Assembly: GCA_000165345.1 (NCBI GenBank) | Contig: CM000435.1 | Span: 1,214,459 to 1,278,458 of the forward strand | Length of the DNA stretch: 64,000 nt | Direction: 5' to 3' | Shown here: positions 38,708 through 50,275 of the stretch, piece after piece | Layout of the letters: each line of letters opens with the position of its first letter | How positions within the stretch are numbered: position 1 is the first letter of the stretch | Notes under the pieces: model-generated | Databases searched by the model: none | Told to the model about the DNA's origin: nothing | Seen by the model: only the letters and a program-made list of their open reading frames with translations | Program-made: the position numbers and the translations under genes

Positions 38708-41608
38708 TTAGTCTTTTTTCAAAATACCACTAATAGCCCCAGAAAAAGTATTCAATATTTTATTCTGAACATTATTATTGGCATTTCTAAGCTGTTGAGT
38801 CTCTCTATACATCCCTGCACGATTAAACCAGTAGCTCTGTTTTTCGGAATCTCTAAGCTTTGGAATTAGTTTTGCTGCGATGTGTCTTGCATCATAATAT
38901 ATACAAATATCAATGATCTTTTCCAAGCTAATGGGAGGGTATGACAAATTTAAAGACTGAACTTCAGCTGAAAGTTCTTGAAACTTTTTTCCCATTGCAA
39001 GGCCTTTAATTTTATACGTCCAATAAATCTTATCCTGAACATTTAAAGCATTTTTTAACTGCAAAAGATCATCTAGAAGCCCTAGGAATGCAAGATATTT
39101 GATTGTAGTGGAAAGTGAGCATCCAACGAATGAAACAAAATTTGGAATTTCAGAGGTTCTCCAAGATGCTTGCTTAGATTTGCTATCTAAATTTGTCTGA
39201 TATTGAATAAGCTCTATTTCAGCTATAACAGCTTCACGTTCAAAAGAAGAACCAGAATTAGGATTTGAAGAATGAATAAAAGATATTGCTTGAGTTTTAT
39301 CGTTTGATTGAGGAATTGTGTTTTTTAGCAGTATTAATGACTTAGTTAAAGTATTATTGGAGATCATTTTACTAATTTCAAGAGATTTTTTTGATTTCAA
39401 AGATGAAGAGAAATAAGCAGCTGCATGCGCAAGATGCTCGAGTTTTGCTAATACAGAATTTTTCTCTAGAGTTGCAAGCATAATCTTAACCCAGCCAGCA
39501 TCAAAGAAATTTTCCATCTCTTCAAAAAGTTTAAGAAGTAAGTCAGTTTCTCCTAAGTTGGTACAGTAATATATTACAAAAGGTACCATTTCTGGAATAT
39601 TGGCCAAAGTCTCAATAGTTTCAGAATCCCAATAATGCTTTTGAGTTGACTCAGAAGTTAATGGAGAAGAATTTTCAATTTCTCTAAATTTTTCTTTGGA
39701 TGATGCAAACAACAAATGGGTAACGCAAACGTACACAAGGTCTATATCTCTGTGCTTAATAGACTGTTCAACGGCTAGCTTAAAAGCTGGTAGCTTAAGT
39801 AACATGGCAACTCTTCTTTGAAGATTTGGCTCATGTTGTAGTAAAAGGATAGCAAGATGCATTCTTCCTGCCTTTGCTGCCTCATCAGCTATTAAGGAAA
39901 AGCAAGAGCTTCCAACACCATTTTCTATAAATCCACTACTACCCTGACTCCCAATAATCTTTGAAATTATAGTCCCAGCCAACTCTTCGTCAGTAGCTTC
40001 TAATGAATGTCTTATTTTTGCACATGCCCAGCTGGATAGTATATGAAAGTAGCTAATGTTGCAATATTCACATATTTTTATTGAAAGTAAATAGCATCTG
40101 TGGTTTGCCAATCTTGTTGAAAGAACCTTAACACCATAAGTTCTGAGCTGAACAACACTTGTGTTAAACTCTGCACTAGACTGATTAACTGCCTTTACTA
40201 TGCGAAGATCTCTACAAGCTGATATATAACTTCTTTCCCATTTCTTAGCCTCAATTTGATCTGAACCTAAGGATTTAATAGAAAAAAGTCTCCCGAATGA
40301 TGCAACTTTAAGAAGTTTAATGCAAGTTTCCTCCTCATGAAACTTGCAAATAGAAGCATCAATACATTTTAAGCTCGCTTCTATTAATTGGGAAGAAATT
40401 GCCCTAAGTGAATAATAAGCTGTAATATCTCCCGAAATGTGTTTTTCATATGCAAAATAAAGCATTGCAGAAGGTTCACAACTACCTATTCCAAAAACGC
40501 TTTCTAGACATTCTGGGACCCTATATAAGAAATCAGAGTGTGTTGCTGTTTGAACCTTAACTCCGTCAACTTCAGTATTTAGAATTAATGGCTGCCTACC
40601 GTAGTTATATGTTAGCCATTGATTATCAGGACCTCCAATATAAACTACATTTTTCAGCTTTTGATTTCCGGAGGGATCTGAAGTAGAAATAACAGCATTT
40701 AAGGCTACAGATTCATTTCCACACCAAACCATTTGCCTCAACTTAGAAAATGATATATTCAACTTGCATGAGAATATGGGATCTTCAAATATTGAATTGG
40801 TTTTTCTCAATGAAAAAACAAAAGATTCAGTTAATGAAGCCAATACTGCCCCATTTGGAGAGACACTGAATGCAAGTATCTTCTCCCTCGCCTCACCATC
40901 TGAATTGAATGATAAATATGCTGGATCAACTGGGCTCGGAGATGCAATTCCTTCTTTAGTAATTAAATTTGAAATTTTTGGATCCCAAATACTAATTATA
41001 GCAATAGAACTATCTTCAAGGGGAAGGAAAACATTTGTGGGAAAAATAAAGGAGATATTTGAATCATTGCCATTTGGAGTTGTTACTGAAATTTCCAGTG
41101 GACTACACCTAAGTGGTATATTAGTCAAACAATAACTCTGTGATATATTGGAATTTGAAACAAAGTGCACATTATAACTAGAAGTCACAAAACAAATACC
41201 ATATGGAAGTACCCGAGCCATAATTATACACTCTGTAGGTTCTATGTTCCGCTTCAAACTTATAATACTCAACTGTTCTAATAGGGGGGAAAATACCCTT
41301 ATTGTTCCATCAGAAAATATAGATAACAGGGTACTTTCTAGAGTCCACCCAATAGATACTGGAATATGATCCATCCAAGCAATTCTACCTAGTTCAGTCC
41401 CTCTAAAAGTATAAGTTGCCAGGTAAAAGTTAGAAACCAGAGAATTTCCATCTGAAGGAAGTGCCATCAAAATAGCTATAGGACCCCCGTTATTTGCTAT
41501 TGCAATAATATTCCTCCTCAAATCACGATCGGAAACCTCCCAGCTCATTTTCGAGTCTCTCCTCCGGTCATACCAGCCATTTCCCAGCCTTTGCCAGTTA
41601 TATTTCAT
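38708..41608 (-). CDS. VPS16: Vacuolar protein sorting 16 (HOPS/CORVET core subunit)
   Basis: The track opens at TTG 41620 and the first ATG is 41608 (MKYNWQRLGNGWYD). The N-terminus KMSWEVSDRDLRRNIIAIANNGGPIAILMALP matches human VPS16 [31 protein letters not shown]. The C-domain LSIKICEYCNISYFHILSSWACAKI matches [29 protein letters not shown]. Confidence 0.85.
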   Translation of the reverse strand: MKYNWQRLGNGWYDRRRDSKMSWEVSDRDLRRNIIAIANNGGPIAILMALPSDGNSLVSNFYLATYTFRGTELGRIAWMDHIPVSIGWTLESTLLSIFSDGTIRVFSPLLEQLSIISLKRNIEPTECIIMARVLPYGICFVTSSYNVHFVSNSNISQSYCLTNIPLRCSPLEISVTTPNGNDSNISFIFPTNVFLPLEDSSIAIISIWDPKISNLITKEGIASPSPVDPAYLSFNSDGEAREKILAFSVSPNGAVLASLTESFVFSLRKTNSIFEDPIFSCKLNISFSKLRQMVWCGNESVALNAVISTSDPSGNQKLKNVVYIGGPDNQWLTYNYGRQPLILNTEVDGVKVQTATHSDFLYRVPECLESVFGIGSCEPSAMLYFAYEKHISGDITAYYSLRAISSQLIEASLKCIDASICKFHEEETCIKLLKVASFGRLFSIKSLGSDQIEAKKWERSYISACRDLRIVKAVNQSSAEFNTSVVQLRTYGVKVLSTRLANHRCYLLSIKICEYCNISYFHILSSWACAKIRHSLEATDEELAGTIISKIIGSQGSSGFIENGVGSSCFSLIADEAAKAGRMHLAILLLQHEPNLQRRVAMLLKLPAFKLAVEQSIKHRDIDLVYVCVTHLLFASSKEKFREIENSSPLTSESTQKHYWDSETIETLANIPEMVPFVIYYCTNLGETDLLLKLFEEMENFFDAGWVKIMLATLEKNSVLAKLEHLAHAAAYFSSSLKSKKSLEISKMISNNTLTKSLILLKNTIPQSNDKTQAISFIHSSNPNSGSSFEREAVIAEIELIQYQTNLDSKSKQASWRTSEIPNFVSFVGCSLSTTIKYLAFLGLLDDLLQLKNALNVQDKIYWTYKIKGLAMGKKFQELSAEVQSLNLSYPPISLEKIIDICIYYDARHIAAKLIPKLRDSEKQSYWFNRAGMYRETQQLRNANNNVQNKILNTFSGAISGILKKD

Positions 41609-41684
41609 CTTTTTTGACAAACGACTTTAGTCCACAGCCTATTACTCCTGTAAACAAAAGCTATGCATTTCCACTAAGTGCACA

Positions 41685-41701
41685 TTGGCGCGTGCGCCAA
41701 C
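41685..41701. promoter_or_regulatory. Palindromic double E2F-like box TTGGCGCGTGCGCCAAC in the divergent VPS16 / hypothetical promoter
   Basis: Near-perfect inverted repeat (TTGGCGC / GCGCCAA) about 80 nt from ATG 41608 (minus) and about 135 nt from ATG 41835 (plus). Confidence 0.6.
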
Positions 41702-41834
41702 TATCGGGTGTTACTGAAATATTTATACCGTAATTTCCGACTCACTCAGTTAGAAAGATAATTCGACTATGGCTTATTTTGCTCAAAAGCTATCGAACTT
41801 TTAGCTTTAGCTAAAGTTTTATGTTAAAATATAG

Positions 41835-43067
41835 TTGATCTGTTGGAAGAATTTAAGAATGAGTAATTCTCCAGAAAAAATTCAGCTTTTAGCTTCAACT
41901 GGCTTAAGAAGCTATTCTGATGAAGAGCTTCCAGTAATTACTCCATGCTCTGCTCCTTACTCATCTACAAGCTTAAATCGAGATTTTATTTCAAACTCCA
42001 TTGCAAAGAGCTTTCCGTCTATTAAGGTATATTCAGAACAGGATGGTACATACATAACGTTCCATATTAAATCTGTGGAAACTACTGTGGCAAACCTTAA
42101 AAATTTCATTGGTTCATTAAAAGATAATAAGAGAACACACAATAGTAGTCTGGATTCCCAAGCATCAACTATGGATTCAGATTTGAATTTATCTCGGCAA
42201 ATAAAAGAAGGTGAATTATCATTATTTGAACAGAATATTCAAATATATGGAGAGATTCCAGGTCTACCAAAGAGAATATTATCTGATTCAGACAGAATTC
42301 TACAAGTCATTAGGGAAACTGATAATTTGAAGTTATACTATTTATATGAGAGTTTTGAAAATAAAAAAGGTACTCAAAATGAATTGATAGTTATTGTATA
42401 TCCTAAAGCGAACCTACACGAATTAGGGATCAAATGTTTTATCACCATTTCTGGATCTGGACTAAAATTCATTCCAGTTGATGAGACTAAATCATCTAAG
42501 AGAATCATTTTTATAAGTTTTGATGACGTTTGTTCAGTAACAGTATATAAACAAGTAGAAAATAGTCTTTTAATAAAAAGAAGGACAATTGGGAAAAGCC
42601 CATTTCTTATTCGAGCAAGTTCCAGCGTCGATTTTACTGTCATAAAGAGAAGGTTAAAACAGGCTTCAGAATTACAGAAAGATTCAAGCCTTATTTCTGA
42701 CGCTGATTCCAGGTTGTCTAAATGCAAGTTGCAATTCAATAATGTTGAGTTAATGACCAAAATGAACGCATTAACAACATTTTTTGAATTTGTAGGCTCT
42801 GAATTTGGTAGGATTTTCTTTTCTAATTGGATTAAATCTATTGAAGAAGATTCGAAGAAATCCTCTGAATTAAAAGTTTTAAAAGAAAAGTCTGAAAATA
42901 ATAGTCTCAGTCATCTAATCACATTCACGAAAATTAAAGAAGGCTTAATTAACCAAGACTACTTTTCACTTAGTGAGGAGAAAGAATTAAATGACTTTAT
43001 AGTTGAATTTCAAAGATATTTAAGTGAAGCCTCACCTTCTTTAGAAGATATATTACAGGTAAATTAA
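41835..43067 (+). CDS. Hypothetical protein
   Basis: 410-aa ORF. An alternative ATG at 41859 gives MSNSPEK. It is divergent from VPS16 with a palindromic E2F pair (41685-41701) between them. No family recognised. Confidence 0.5.
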   Translation: MICWKNLRMSNSPEKIQLLASTGLRSYSDEELPVITPCSAPYSSTSLNRDFISNSIAKSFPSIKVYSEQDGTYITFHIKSVETTVANLKNFIGSLKDNKRTHNSSLDSQASTMDSDLNLSRQIKEGELSLFEQNIQIYGEIPGLPKRILSDSDRILQVIRETDNLKLYYLYESFENKKGTQNELIVIVYPKANLHELGIKCFITISGSGLKFIPVDETKSSKRIIFISFDDVCSVTVYKQVENSLLIKRRTIGKSPFLIRASSSVDFTVIKRRLKQASELQKDSSLISDADSRLSKCKLQFNNVELMTKMNALTTFFEFVGSEFGRIFFSNWIKSIEEDSKKSSELKVLKEKSENNSLSHLITFTKIKEGLINQDYFSLSEEKELNDFIVEFQRYLSEASPSLEDILQVN

Positions 43068-43206
43068 GTTTATAAACTGTATTTACGGCAAACTGTTAAA
43101 TATTATAATTAGCAATGCATATATATATAGATTAGTTATCAAATTTAGTTTATATTTTTGTAAATAAATCTGCAAATATAATTTTATTTCAGTAATACTA
43201 TATAAC

Positions 43207-46200
43207 TTAATTTTGCATGACTTTAAGTAATGCAAAACACTTGTTAAATAAATCTTGGATTATTGGATAGGTACGAGAACTTAAATCCAAATCCTCAAAT
43301 GTTTCAGCTTCCACCTTAAGTAGCTCAAGTGAAATCATTATTGAGCTACATTGGGAATCAGAATACGTTCTTAGAGGCTTTCTCACATGTTCAACAGAAC
43401 TTACTAGTTGGCTGGGATTGAAGGATAGGAGTACCTCTAATAGAGCCAAAGATAGTACGAGGAATTCAGAACTCCTAGATATTTTGGCCTTCTCCAGAAT
43501 ACTCAAAATTTTTATTTTATCTGGAAACTCGTCAACTTTCCACTGTTTAATAAATTTCTTTTTCGATGATGAAAGAGCCAGACTTAGAAATAATTTCAAA
43601 ACTCCACATTTTATTGGTATTGGAACAGAGTCATTTAAAATAATGCTATCCAAAAGCATTCTGCCTTTTTTAGGATTAATTTTTAAATCAAAACCATCCA
43701 GTTTATTCAGTTCTTTCTTAGTTACGTTACTCATGAGGAAGCCATTCTCTTCATTAATTTCAATAGGAAAACGTAGAGCTCCTCGATTTAACCTTAAACC
43801 AACAGAGCTTTCGGTATCAAGGAGATTGATAAATAAGTCGTGAAAGCGTGCAGAACCTTGGTTTTGAGATCTTGCCAAATCTGAAAGCGGTACTGGGTTC
43901 GCTCCTTGCGTTATATTCGTCATTTGTGTCTCGGAAATTGGAATAATTTGCGAAGAACAACACAATAATAGAGAAATTATCTGCGTAATCATATAAGAAA
44001 AATGTTCAATATCTTGACTTTCGCCAGTGATTTTGCATGTATATTTCCACCAAGTTCGAATGCATGTTTCAAAACCAGAGCGATTACTTCTTTCAAGTTC
44101 TGCTTCTAGTTGCTTGGAAATGCAACTAAGGAGTGCCAAAGATTCTAAGGTAAAGTTAAGTAAAGGCTTCAACTTGTTATTAGTTAAAAGATTATGAGGA
44201 CCTTCAAATTCTGCTAAAAAGAGTCCAATAACTTTTATAAATTGGAAAAGACAACACATTTGTGAAAGAAAAGCATTTTCATTAAATTTGTTCAAGTTTT
44301 TGTTTGTCTGTTTAGCCATTGCTCTAAGAGAAGCAATTGTACAAGATCTAAGCTCTCCAAGACAAATTTCTCTGATTTCAACAAGAATTTCAGAAGTTCT
44401 CAGTAAAACATTATCCAATAGGCCATTGAGATAAAAATTCTTGTTAAATATTCTATTCCAATCTCCTAGATCTGACGTTCCACTAGATTTGACCTTGATC
44501 TTATATATAAAGGAGGCAAAATAAATAATAGGGTAGTTTAATTTACTTAAACTTTCTTCTGAATTGTTTATGAAGAGCCAAATGTTCTTTAAATCATCAG
44601 TAAACTTCCCAGGATCAAATTTATTTAGATTATTGGTTAATAGCTCCGTAAATATATCCATTGTAATTATCTGAATATAATAATCAATACAAAGTTTTAT
44701 TTCATTATAGAATTCTTTCTTTTCACTTTGTTGTGCTCGAAGCTCATTGTATAATTCTTCAGAGTGGCTCATTTGGCTTTTCGAAAAAAATGAAGTTAAA
44801 TATATAAAGTTTTCCCATATTGTAAAAATGTGGTTAAAGAGCTTTCCAATAAATTCCTCTTCCATTTCAATGGACAAGCTTGAGCTGTTGAGTATTGAAA
44901 GAGCAGATAAAAGTAAGGCCAATGATTCCTGTAACATATCAATTTGGTCCAAAGAACAATAAAGCGTCAAAAACTCTGAACTAATTGAAATTTTACTCGA
45001 TATTTCAATTCCTACTATCACTGAGTTGAATATCTCTTTTTTCAGCTCCTCACTTAAAGAGTTTGATGAATCATCAATTGAAACTATCTGGGAAAGTTTC
45101 AGTGACAATAAAGAAACTCCCATTAATAAATTATAGGTATTGTTGAAGTTTAAGCTTTGTGGCAATTCCAATGTAAGGTTATGTCCATCTTTTGACTTTG
45201 GTAGAATTTTAGACATACTCAAAAGAACTTGATTACAGAGTGAAGAGATCTTTTCTAATAGTCTTGAACAAATTTCATGATTCTTTAATCCTTTGTCAAA
45301 CAAAAACAGTAAAAATGATAAAAGCTTGTTCATCTGGTCCGAAGTCATTTCCTTGGGGGAGATCTTACTAATTAAAATGATTATGTGCTCTCTTAATACT
45401 CCAAAGCAACTTGGATCCGCTTTTACTATGCATAAAACAAGTTGTATTTGTAAAAGAAAACTATTAATACTCAGTTCTAAGTGAGAAATCCCACTTAGAG
45501 ATGAAGAAAAAAGACTTAAGTTATCAGCAATTTTTTGGAATACAAGAGATGAGAAAGGCAAGAATCTACTCAACTTGCAGAGAAACCCAAACATTAAATT
45601 GGTGAATAAAAGCCTTTCTTTTTCAATATTCGAATCTTGCATTGTTATTAGATTTAAAAAAGGAGTGATTATTTCTTCTGCAATAACTTCCATAGATTCA
45701 GTTAAAGTTGTTATTACTAGCTGAATTTCTCCATTATTTTGATCGAAATTTTCATTGGACTCGATTTCAATTGGTCTGTGTTGAATGGTCAAAAAAACTT
45801 CTAAGAACCTTAAAATACTGGCTAAATACTCAAAGAACTCCACATTTCTCCATCCAATATATGATTTAATTAAATTTTCATTTATTGGCACTAAATAGCT
45901 CATATTATTGATCAAGTGATTTAAACTCTTAATAGACCTAGAGAAAATGAACCCCCAAGATATTTGCTGATTTATTTCAATATTATCAACATTAGGAATC
46001 CGAAAGTTAGAAATTATTGAATAAGTATTATTAGAATGTTCATAATCCCATTTATCCAAGAGAACAAGCTTTAAATCCCAGATTTTTGTTTGAACTTCAA
46101 ATGAACTAGAAACCAATCCTACACCTAGGAGCCACTTAAGAAGGCTTTTTTGTATAAGTGCATTAATTGGATGGTTTGGGTTTTCAAAAACTGAGATTTT

Positions 46201-49200
46201 ATCGAAAATAGATATTACTTTCTTGACAAAATACGAATCTTGAAAACTCTGTGCGCAAAGCAGTAATTCAGGGAGCTCTCTATTACAAAACAGACTTTTG
46301 TTTAAAATAAGCAGCTTCAAACATTCTAAAGTGTACCTTGGATCTTCTTCAAACCATCTTTTTAGAGGCATCTTACTCAATAATTTGGTTACTAGAAGCA
46401 TAGTAGTAGGAGATTGAACTGTATTAATGGGGTCAATTAGCTTCGGTACTTGCAATATAATAAAGCTCCATTGAATATTAATTGGTAAAATATCAAATAA
46501 TAATTCACATAAAGCCCCATTACAAGAGTCCAAACAAAGGGAAATTGTATCAAAAATTCCAAAGCTTATCTTCGGTCTGATTGTTCCGACTATAAAATTG
46601 CCATCTTTATCTCTGAAATAGTTGTTAAAATATGATAAGATTATAACAATAAATGAAGAATATTTGGAAAGAGTTTCTGAAAGTGACTCACTATTTACGT
46701 GCTGGAAAGAATGTAGTATTGAATGAATAACTTTAAGTACTGCAAGCATTTTAATATCAATATTCCTTGATTGAGAATTAATTAAATCAGAATATCTCTC
46801 AATTTCAGAAAGATACTCAGGGTTATTCTGGCCCAACAACATTATTAATTTTGAAAGTACAGAGTCGATACTGTCCTTAATTTTTGATATTCCGCTTTCA
46901 AGACGAACAACTTGACTGGTCATTCTTGTCCAGGGAAATGAAAGCGAAAATACCGAATACAAAAATTCCTCAAGAGGTACGCCACTTGTTTTGATGGATC
47001 TTTTTCTAAAAAGTCTATCTAAATCCCATAAAACCTTTGAAATTTCTTGTGATGCATTTGTTTGAGAAACAAGAGGCTTGAACAAATTGACTTTCTTTAC
47101 GTCGTCAAATTTGAGAGGTGAGGTATGCTCACTATTTTCATGTAGTTCTACTTCATAGATTTCCTTATATTCTTTTGTTTCTCTTGTTGAAGTTGGGAGA
47201 ATTAACGTGTTTCGGACCAAGGGAGATGTTTTAAGGTATGTGGTGGTCTTATCTAAAAATAAATCATCTGGAGATTCAATACTTGGAGTATCTGAGATTA
47301 CTCCTGTTTTTAAAATTATTATCAGAATGGTTGTAAGGAGTGAAAATGAACCAGATCTACATTCTTCAGAGGAACTGAATATCCAAATACTTAGGTGGTG
47401 AATGAGCGTAATTGAGTAAGATGCAGCTAGATATTCTAGTAAATTCTTTCTATATGATCTCGAGATAAAAATTGCATTTAGAGCAATTGAAAGATGGTAG
47501 AACAGAGAATTTTCTTCAATTGAAATGAGCTCTGTAATATCAAAAGCTGACTCATCTCTTGAAGAATTGTCCAAATTCTGCTTTTTAGTACAGAAACTTT
47601 TACAGCTCAGATTCATCAAAATCTTCACAAGCTCATCTACATATATACAAAATAATTTACATGAAATTTTTGAGGAAGTTAGAGATTTAGTCAAGGACTT
47701 TAGTGCAGAAATCTTTATTTGTGTTTGAATCCTTGGGTTTTTTATTGCTGATAAAAGTTTGGAGAGTCGAAAAGAGTCTGGAGTTTTTAATACTGACGAA
47801 TTTGGCCCTTCTGTGCTCATCATTACTGATTTCTTGTGGTGAATATCTAATTCTTCCATTTTTTCTACCAACAGAGCCTCTCCATATATGTTTTGTTCAT
47901 AAGCAGTACTCATTTCATCTTTTTCGAGGTCAACCAAGGTAAAATAGTCGAAAAAAATATGCTTTGTATTCAAGCTCCACTGTCTTTCTATAAATTCAAG
48001 ATCATTTACAACTTCTAAATTTAAATCGTCTTTAGAGAATTTTACTCTTTTATTCAAGAGATCGACTAGCTGCAAAACAGAGGTTCTTCTTAAACTTCTA
48101 TTTTTAAGTATTAAAGTAAGCATAGTGGACACCATATAAAGTTCTGCAAGATTTTCTAAATCTAGATTATCCTTATTCCCACTCAGAATTAAAGAGCAAT
48201 ATAATATGCACCTTCTAATTCCTCGCAGTCTAGACTGGCAAAATTTGATATTTGACGAAGAAATCATTAATTCCGAAACTTTGGTCCATTTTGATAGGAA
48301 TAATTTTAAGCTCGAAATAATTTTGGATGAATTTGGGAGTACTTTTTTATTTTGAAAAAGTACAAAATCGAGAGTTATAACTTTGGAAATCCAAGTTAAA
48401 GGAGAATAAAAGTGAAGGCATTCATCAGACACTCTTTCAATTAAGACGTCAAAAAGAGACGCTAGATTTTTGGACCCATAGCTTTCTTGGCATAAAAGAT
48501 CGAATAAGTATCCTAATGTAATTGGTATTAAATTTTCAAATGGTGAATTCTTTAAACTAAATAAATAATCCAATAGAATACTTAAATGTTTTGATAGATT
48601 TTCTTTAGAAGCATCAGATCTTAATATATAAATTATGGATGCAACTACATGGATTGGGCTTTTAATGAATCTTTCAGTAAGCTTTTCTATATAAGAAAAT
48701 TTATATTCCATTTGGCCTTCTAAAGAGTAATTTGAATTATTTGGGTATAAAAGCGAAACAAAATCGTAGACAAATAATGTTTGGCTAATCATTGAAACCG
48801 AGTCTAGGCTCGCCAAATCATTGCCTTGGAACAATGACTCTAAGACATCCAATATAGTAAATCTGATAGAATCGCTATGCACTATTCTAAAAGAATCGAA
48901 TTCAATTATTTTTTCATTTCCAAGCAAAAAAACAATGCATGACATCAAGCTATTTGTTTCAAAGCGCTCCATGTGTTTACTCCGTTTAGTTTCAGACTCG
49001 TGTACCTTTTCTAAAGCTGATCCATGACTATTGTTGCTATTATTTGCAGAATTAAATTCTGCACTAAAGTTGTAAATATCTTCAATATTTTCTAAACTGT
49101 CCAAATCGTTAAGATCTGCAATTTTATCTGAAGATTCAACTTCTTCATTGTATTCTGCAAAAGATTCAATTTGCAAATCAAACCTTTGATTGAAAAGAAA

Positions 49201-50178
49201 ATCAAGTTTGGTATTACACATTTTGATATCTTCAAAGTAAACAATCTTGAATATTGTGGAAACATACTTGATGAATTGAGAGAAAATGTCCCCTGCAGCA
49301 AGAAGAGAAAAATATTTATGGCCTTCATTATCCGAAAGAAAGTTAAACCTGGTAAAGGTTGAACAAATGAGTTGCGCAGAATCCAAAAATTTTAGGTTAC
49401 ATACTGAAAAATCCACTACTTGTGGCTCAATTTTAGTCTTCTTTGATTGAAGCTTTTTTTTAATTTCAATTGCATTAGAGTTTAGGTCGTTACAACTCAT
49501 TAATAGCCTGAACAAAGTAGACCAAAGCCTGCTTTCCTTCATTAAAAGTTCAGAATATGTTGAAATTGATTCTTGAACGACAAAAGATAAAGATACAAGA
49601 GGCTCTAATTTACATTCACAATGAGAAGAAATGGATGATTTTAAGGAGCAACAAACGAGGTTTGGAATAACTGTTTCTGCAAGATTTAAGATCCAAAATT
49701 CTATTTCAGATACATCGGTTGAATATACTTTGTTTTTAGTTAATAATTCATTAATGCTTTGTATCATTTCCGTTAATAATTCAAGGATTTTCTCCTTAAG
49801 AACAACACAACAACTAGATCCCATATATCCATCAGTGCTCGAATTTTCATACAAACCAGGAAATAATGCCTTGTAAGTTTTGTCAGAAACTGAGGGACAG
49901 CAGCATGAGCTCAAAGAATTAATCAACAAGTCCCACAACTCCAAATTTAGTGTAAGCAAAGCTGAGGGGAAATCTCCTAATACATCCTGCCTAATTGCAG
50001 CAATAAGCTGCAATAATTCTTTACATTTTCTTATCTTTATTTGAATATCACCATCTTGAATCTTTGAAGTAATTTCCTTCACAGCTTCATTAATATGACT
50101 CAATAGTTCTGCCTCCTGTTTATTCACGCCAACTTTTTCAAGGAGCTCCAGGTTTTCACTCTCCAACCTGAAACTCAT
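43207..50178 (-). CDS. Giant hypothetical protein (2323 aa), probably HEAT/ARM-like helical repeat
   Basis: A single uninterrupted 7-kb frame from ATG 50178. Leu-rich, helical and Cys-rich in places. No enzymatic motifs recognised. Confidence 0.65.
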   Translation of the reverse strand: MSFRLESENLELLEKVGVNKQEAELLSHINEAVKEITSKIQDGDIQIKIRKCKELLQLIAAIRQDVLGDFPSALLTLNLELWDLLINSLSSCCCPSVSDKTYKALFPGLYENSSTDGYMGSSCCVVLKEKILELLTEMIQSINELLTKNKVYSTDVSEIEFWILNLAETVIPNLVCCSLKSSISSHCECKLEPLVSLSFVVQESISTYSELLMKESRLWSTLFRLLMSCNDLNSNAIEIKKKLQSKKTKIEPQVVDFSVCNLKFLDSAQLICSTFTRFNFLSDNEGHKYFSLLAAGDIFSQFIKYVSTIFKIVYFEDIKMCNTKLDFLFNQRFDLQIESFAEYNEEVESSDKIADLNDLDSLENIEDIYNFSAEFNSANNSNNSHGSALEKVHESETKRSKHMERFETNSLMSCIVFLLGNEKIIEFDSFRIVHSDSIRFTILDVLESLFQGNDLASLDSVSMISQTLFVYDFVSLLYPNNSNYSLEGQMEYKFSYIEKLTERFIKSPIHVVASIIYILRSDASKENLSKHLSILLDYLFSLKNSPFENLIPITLGYLFDLLCQESYGSKNLASLFDVLIERVSDECLHFYSPLTWISKVITLDFVLFQNKKVLPNSSKIISSLKLFLSKWTKVSELMISSSNIKFCQSRLRGIRRCILYCSLILSGNKDNLDLENLAELYMVSTMLTLILKNRSLRRTSVLQLVDLLNKRVKFSKDDLNLEVVNDLEFIERQWSLNTKHIFFDYFTLVDLEKDEMSTAYEQNIYGEALLVEKMEELDIHHKKSVMMSTEGPNSSVLKTPDSFRLSKLLSAIKNPRIQTQIKISALKSLTKSLTSSKISCKLFCIYVDELVKILMNLSCKSFCTKKQNLDNSSRDESAFDITELISIEENSLFYHLSIALNAIFISRSYRKNLLEYLAASYSITLIHHLSIWIFSSSEECRSGSFSLLTTILIIILKTGVISDTPSIESPDDLFLDKTTTYLKTSPLVRNTLILPTSTRETKEYKEIYEVELHENSEHTSPLKFDDVKKVNLFKPLVSQTNASQEISKVLWDLDRLFRKRSIKTSGVPLEEFLYSVFSLSFPWTRMTSQVVRLESGISKIKDSIDSVLSKLIMLLGQNNPEYLSEIERYSDLINSQSRNIDIKMLAVLKVIHSILHSFQHVNSESLSETLSKYSSFIVIILSYFNNYFRDKDGNFIVGTIRPKISFGIFDTISLCLDSCNGALCELLFDILPINIQWSFIILQVPKLIDPINTVQSPTTMLLVTKLLSKMPLKRWFEEDPRYTLECLKLLILNKSLFCNRELPELLLCAQSFQDSYFVKKVISIFDKISVFENPNHPINALIQKSLLKWLLGVGLVSSSFEVQTKIWDLKLVLLDKWDYEHSNNTYSIISNFRIPNVDNIEINQQISWGFIFSRSIKSLNHLINNMSYLVPINENLIKSYIGWRNVEFFEYLASILRFLEVFLTIQHRPIEIESNENFDQNNGEIQLVITTLTESMEVIAEEIITPFLNLITMQDSNIEKERLLFTNLMFGFLCKLSRFLPFSSLVFQKIADNLSLFSSSLSGISHLELSINSFLLQIQLVLCIVKADPSCFGVLREHIIILISKISPKEMTSDQMNKLLSFLLFLFDKGLKNHEICSRLLEKISSLCNQVLLSMSKILPKSKDGHNLTLELPQSLNFNNTYNLLMGVSLLSLKLSQIVSIDDSSNSLSEELKKEIFNSVIVGIEISSKISISSEFLTLYCSLDQIDMLQESLALLLSALSILNSSSLSIEMEEEFIGKLFNHIFTIWENFIYLTSFFSKSQMSHSEELYNELRAQQSEKKEFYNEIKLCIDYYIQIITMDIFTELLTNNLNKFDPGKFTDDLKNIWLFINNSEESLSKLNYPIIYFASFIYKIKVKSSGTSDLGDWNRIFNKNFYLNGLLDNVLLRTSEILVEIREICLGELRSCTIASLRAMAKQTNKNLNKFNENAFLSQMCCLFQFIKVIGLFLAEFEGPHNLLTNNKLKPLLNFTLESLALLSCISKQLEAELERSNRSGFETCIRTWWKYTCKITGESQDIEHFSYMITQIISLLLCCSSQIIPISETQMTNITQGANPVPLSDLARSQNQGSARFHDLFINLLDTESSVGLRLNRGALRFPIEINEENGFLMSNVTKKELNKLDGFDLKINPKKGRMLLDSIILNDSVPIPIKCGVLKLFLSLALSSSKKKFIKQWKVDEFPDKIKILSILEKAKISRSSEFLVLSLALLEVLLSFNPSQLVSSVEHVRKPLRTYSDSQCSSIMISLELLKVEAETFEDLDLSSRTYPIIQDLFNKCFALLKVMQN

Positions 50179-50275
50179 CTGTGGCAGTGAAGCTTATACA
50201 TAAATTTATTCCACCGAATATTTCTATCTTTTTTTTCTCACTTTTAAGTTAATTACACATTCATGTTATGAGGAA

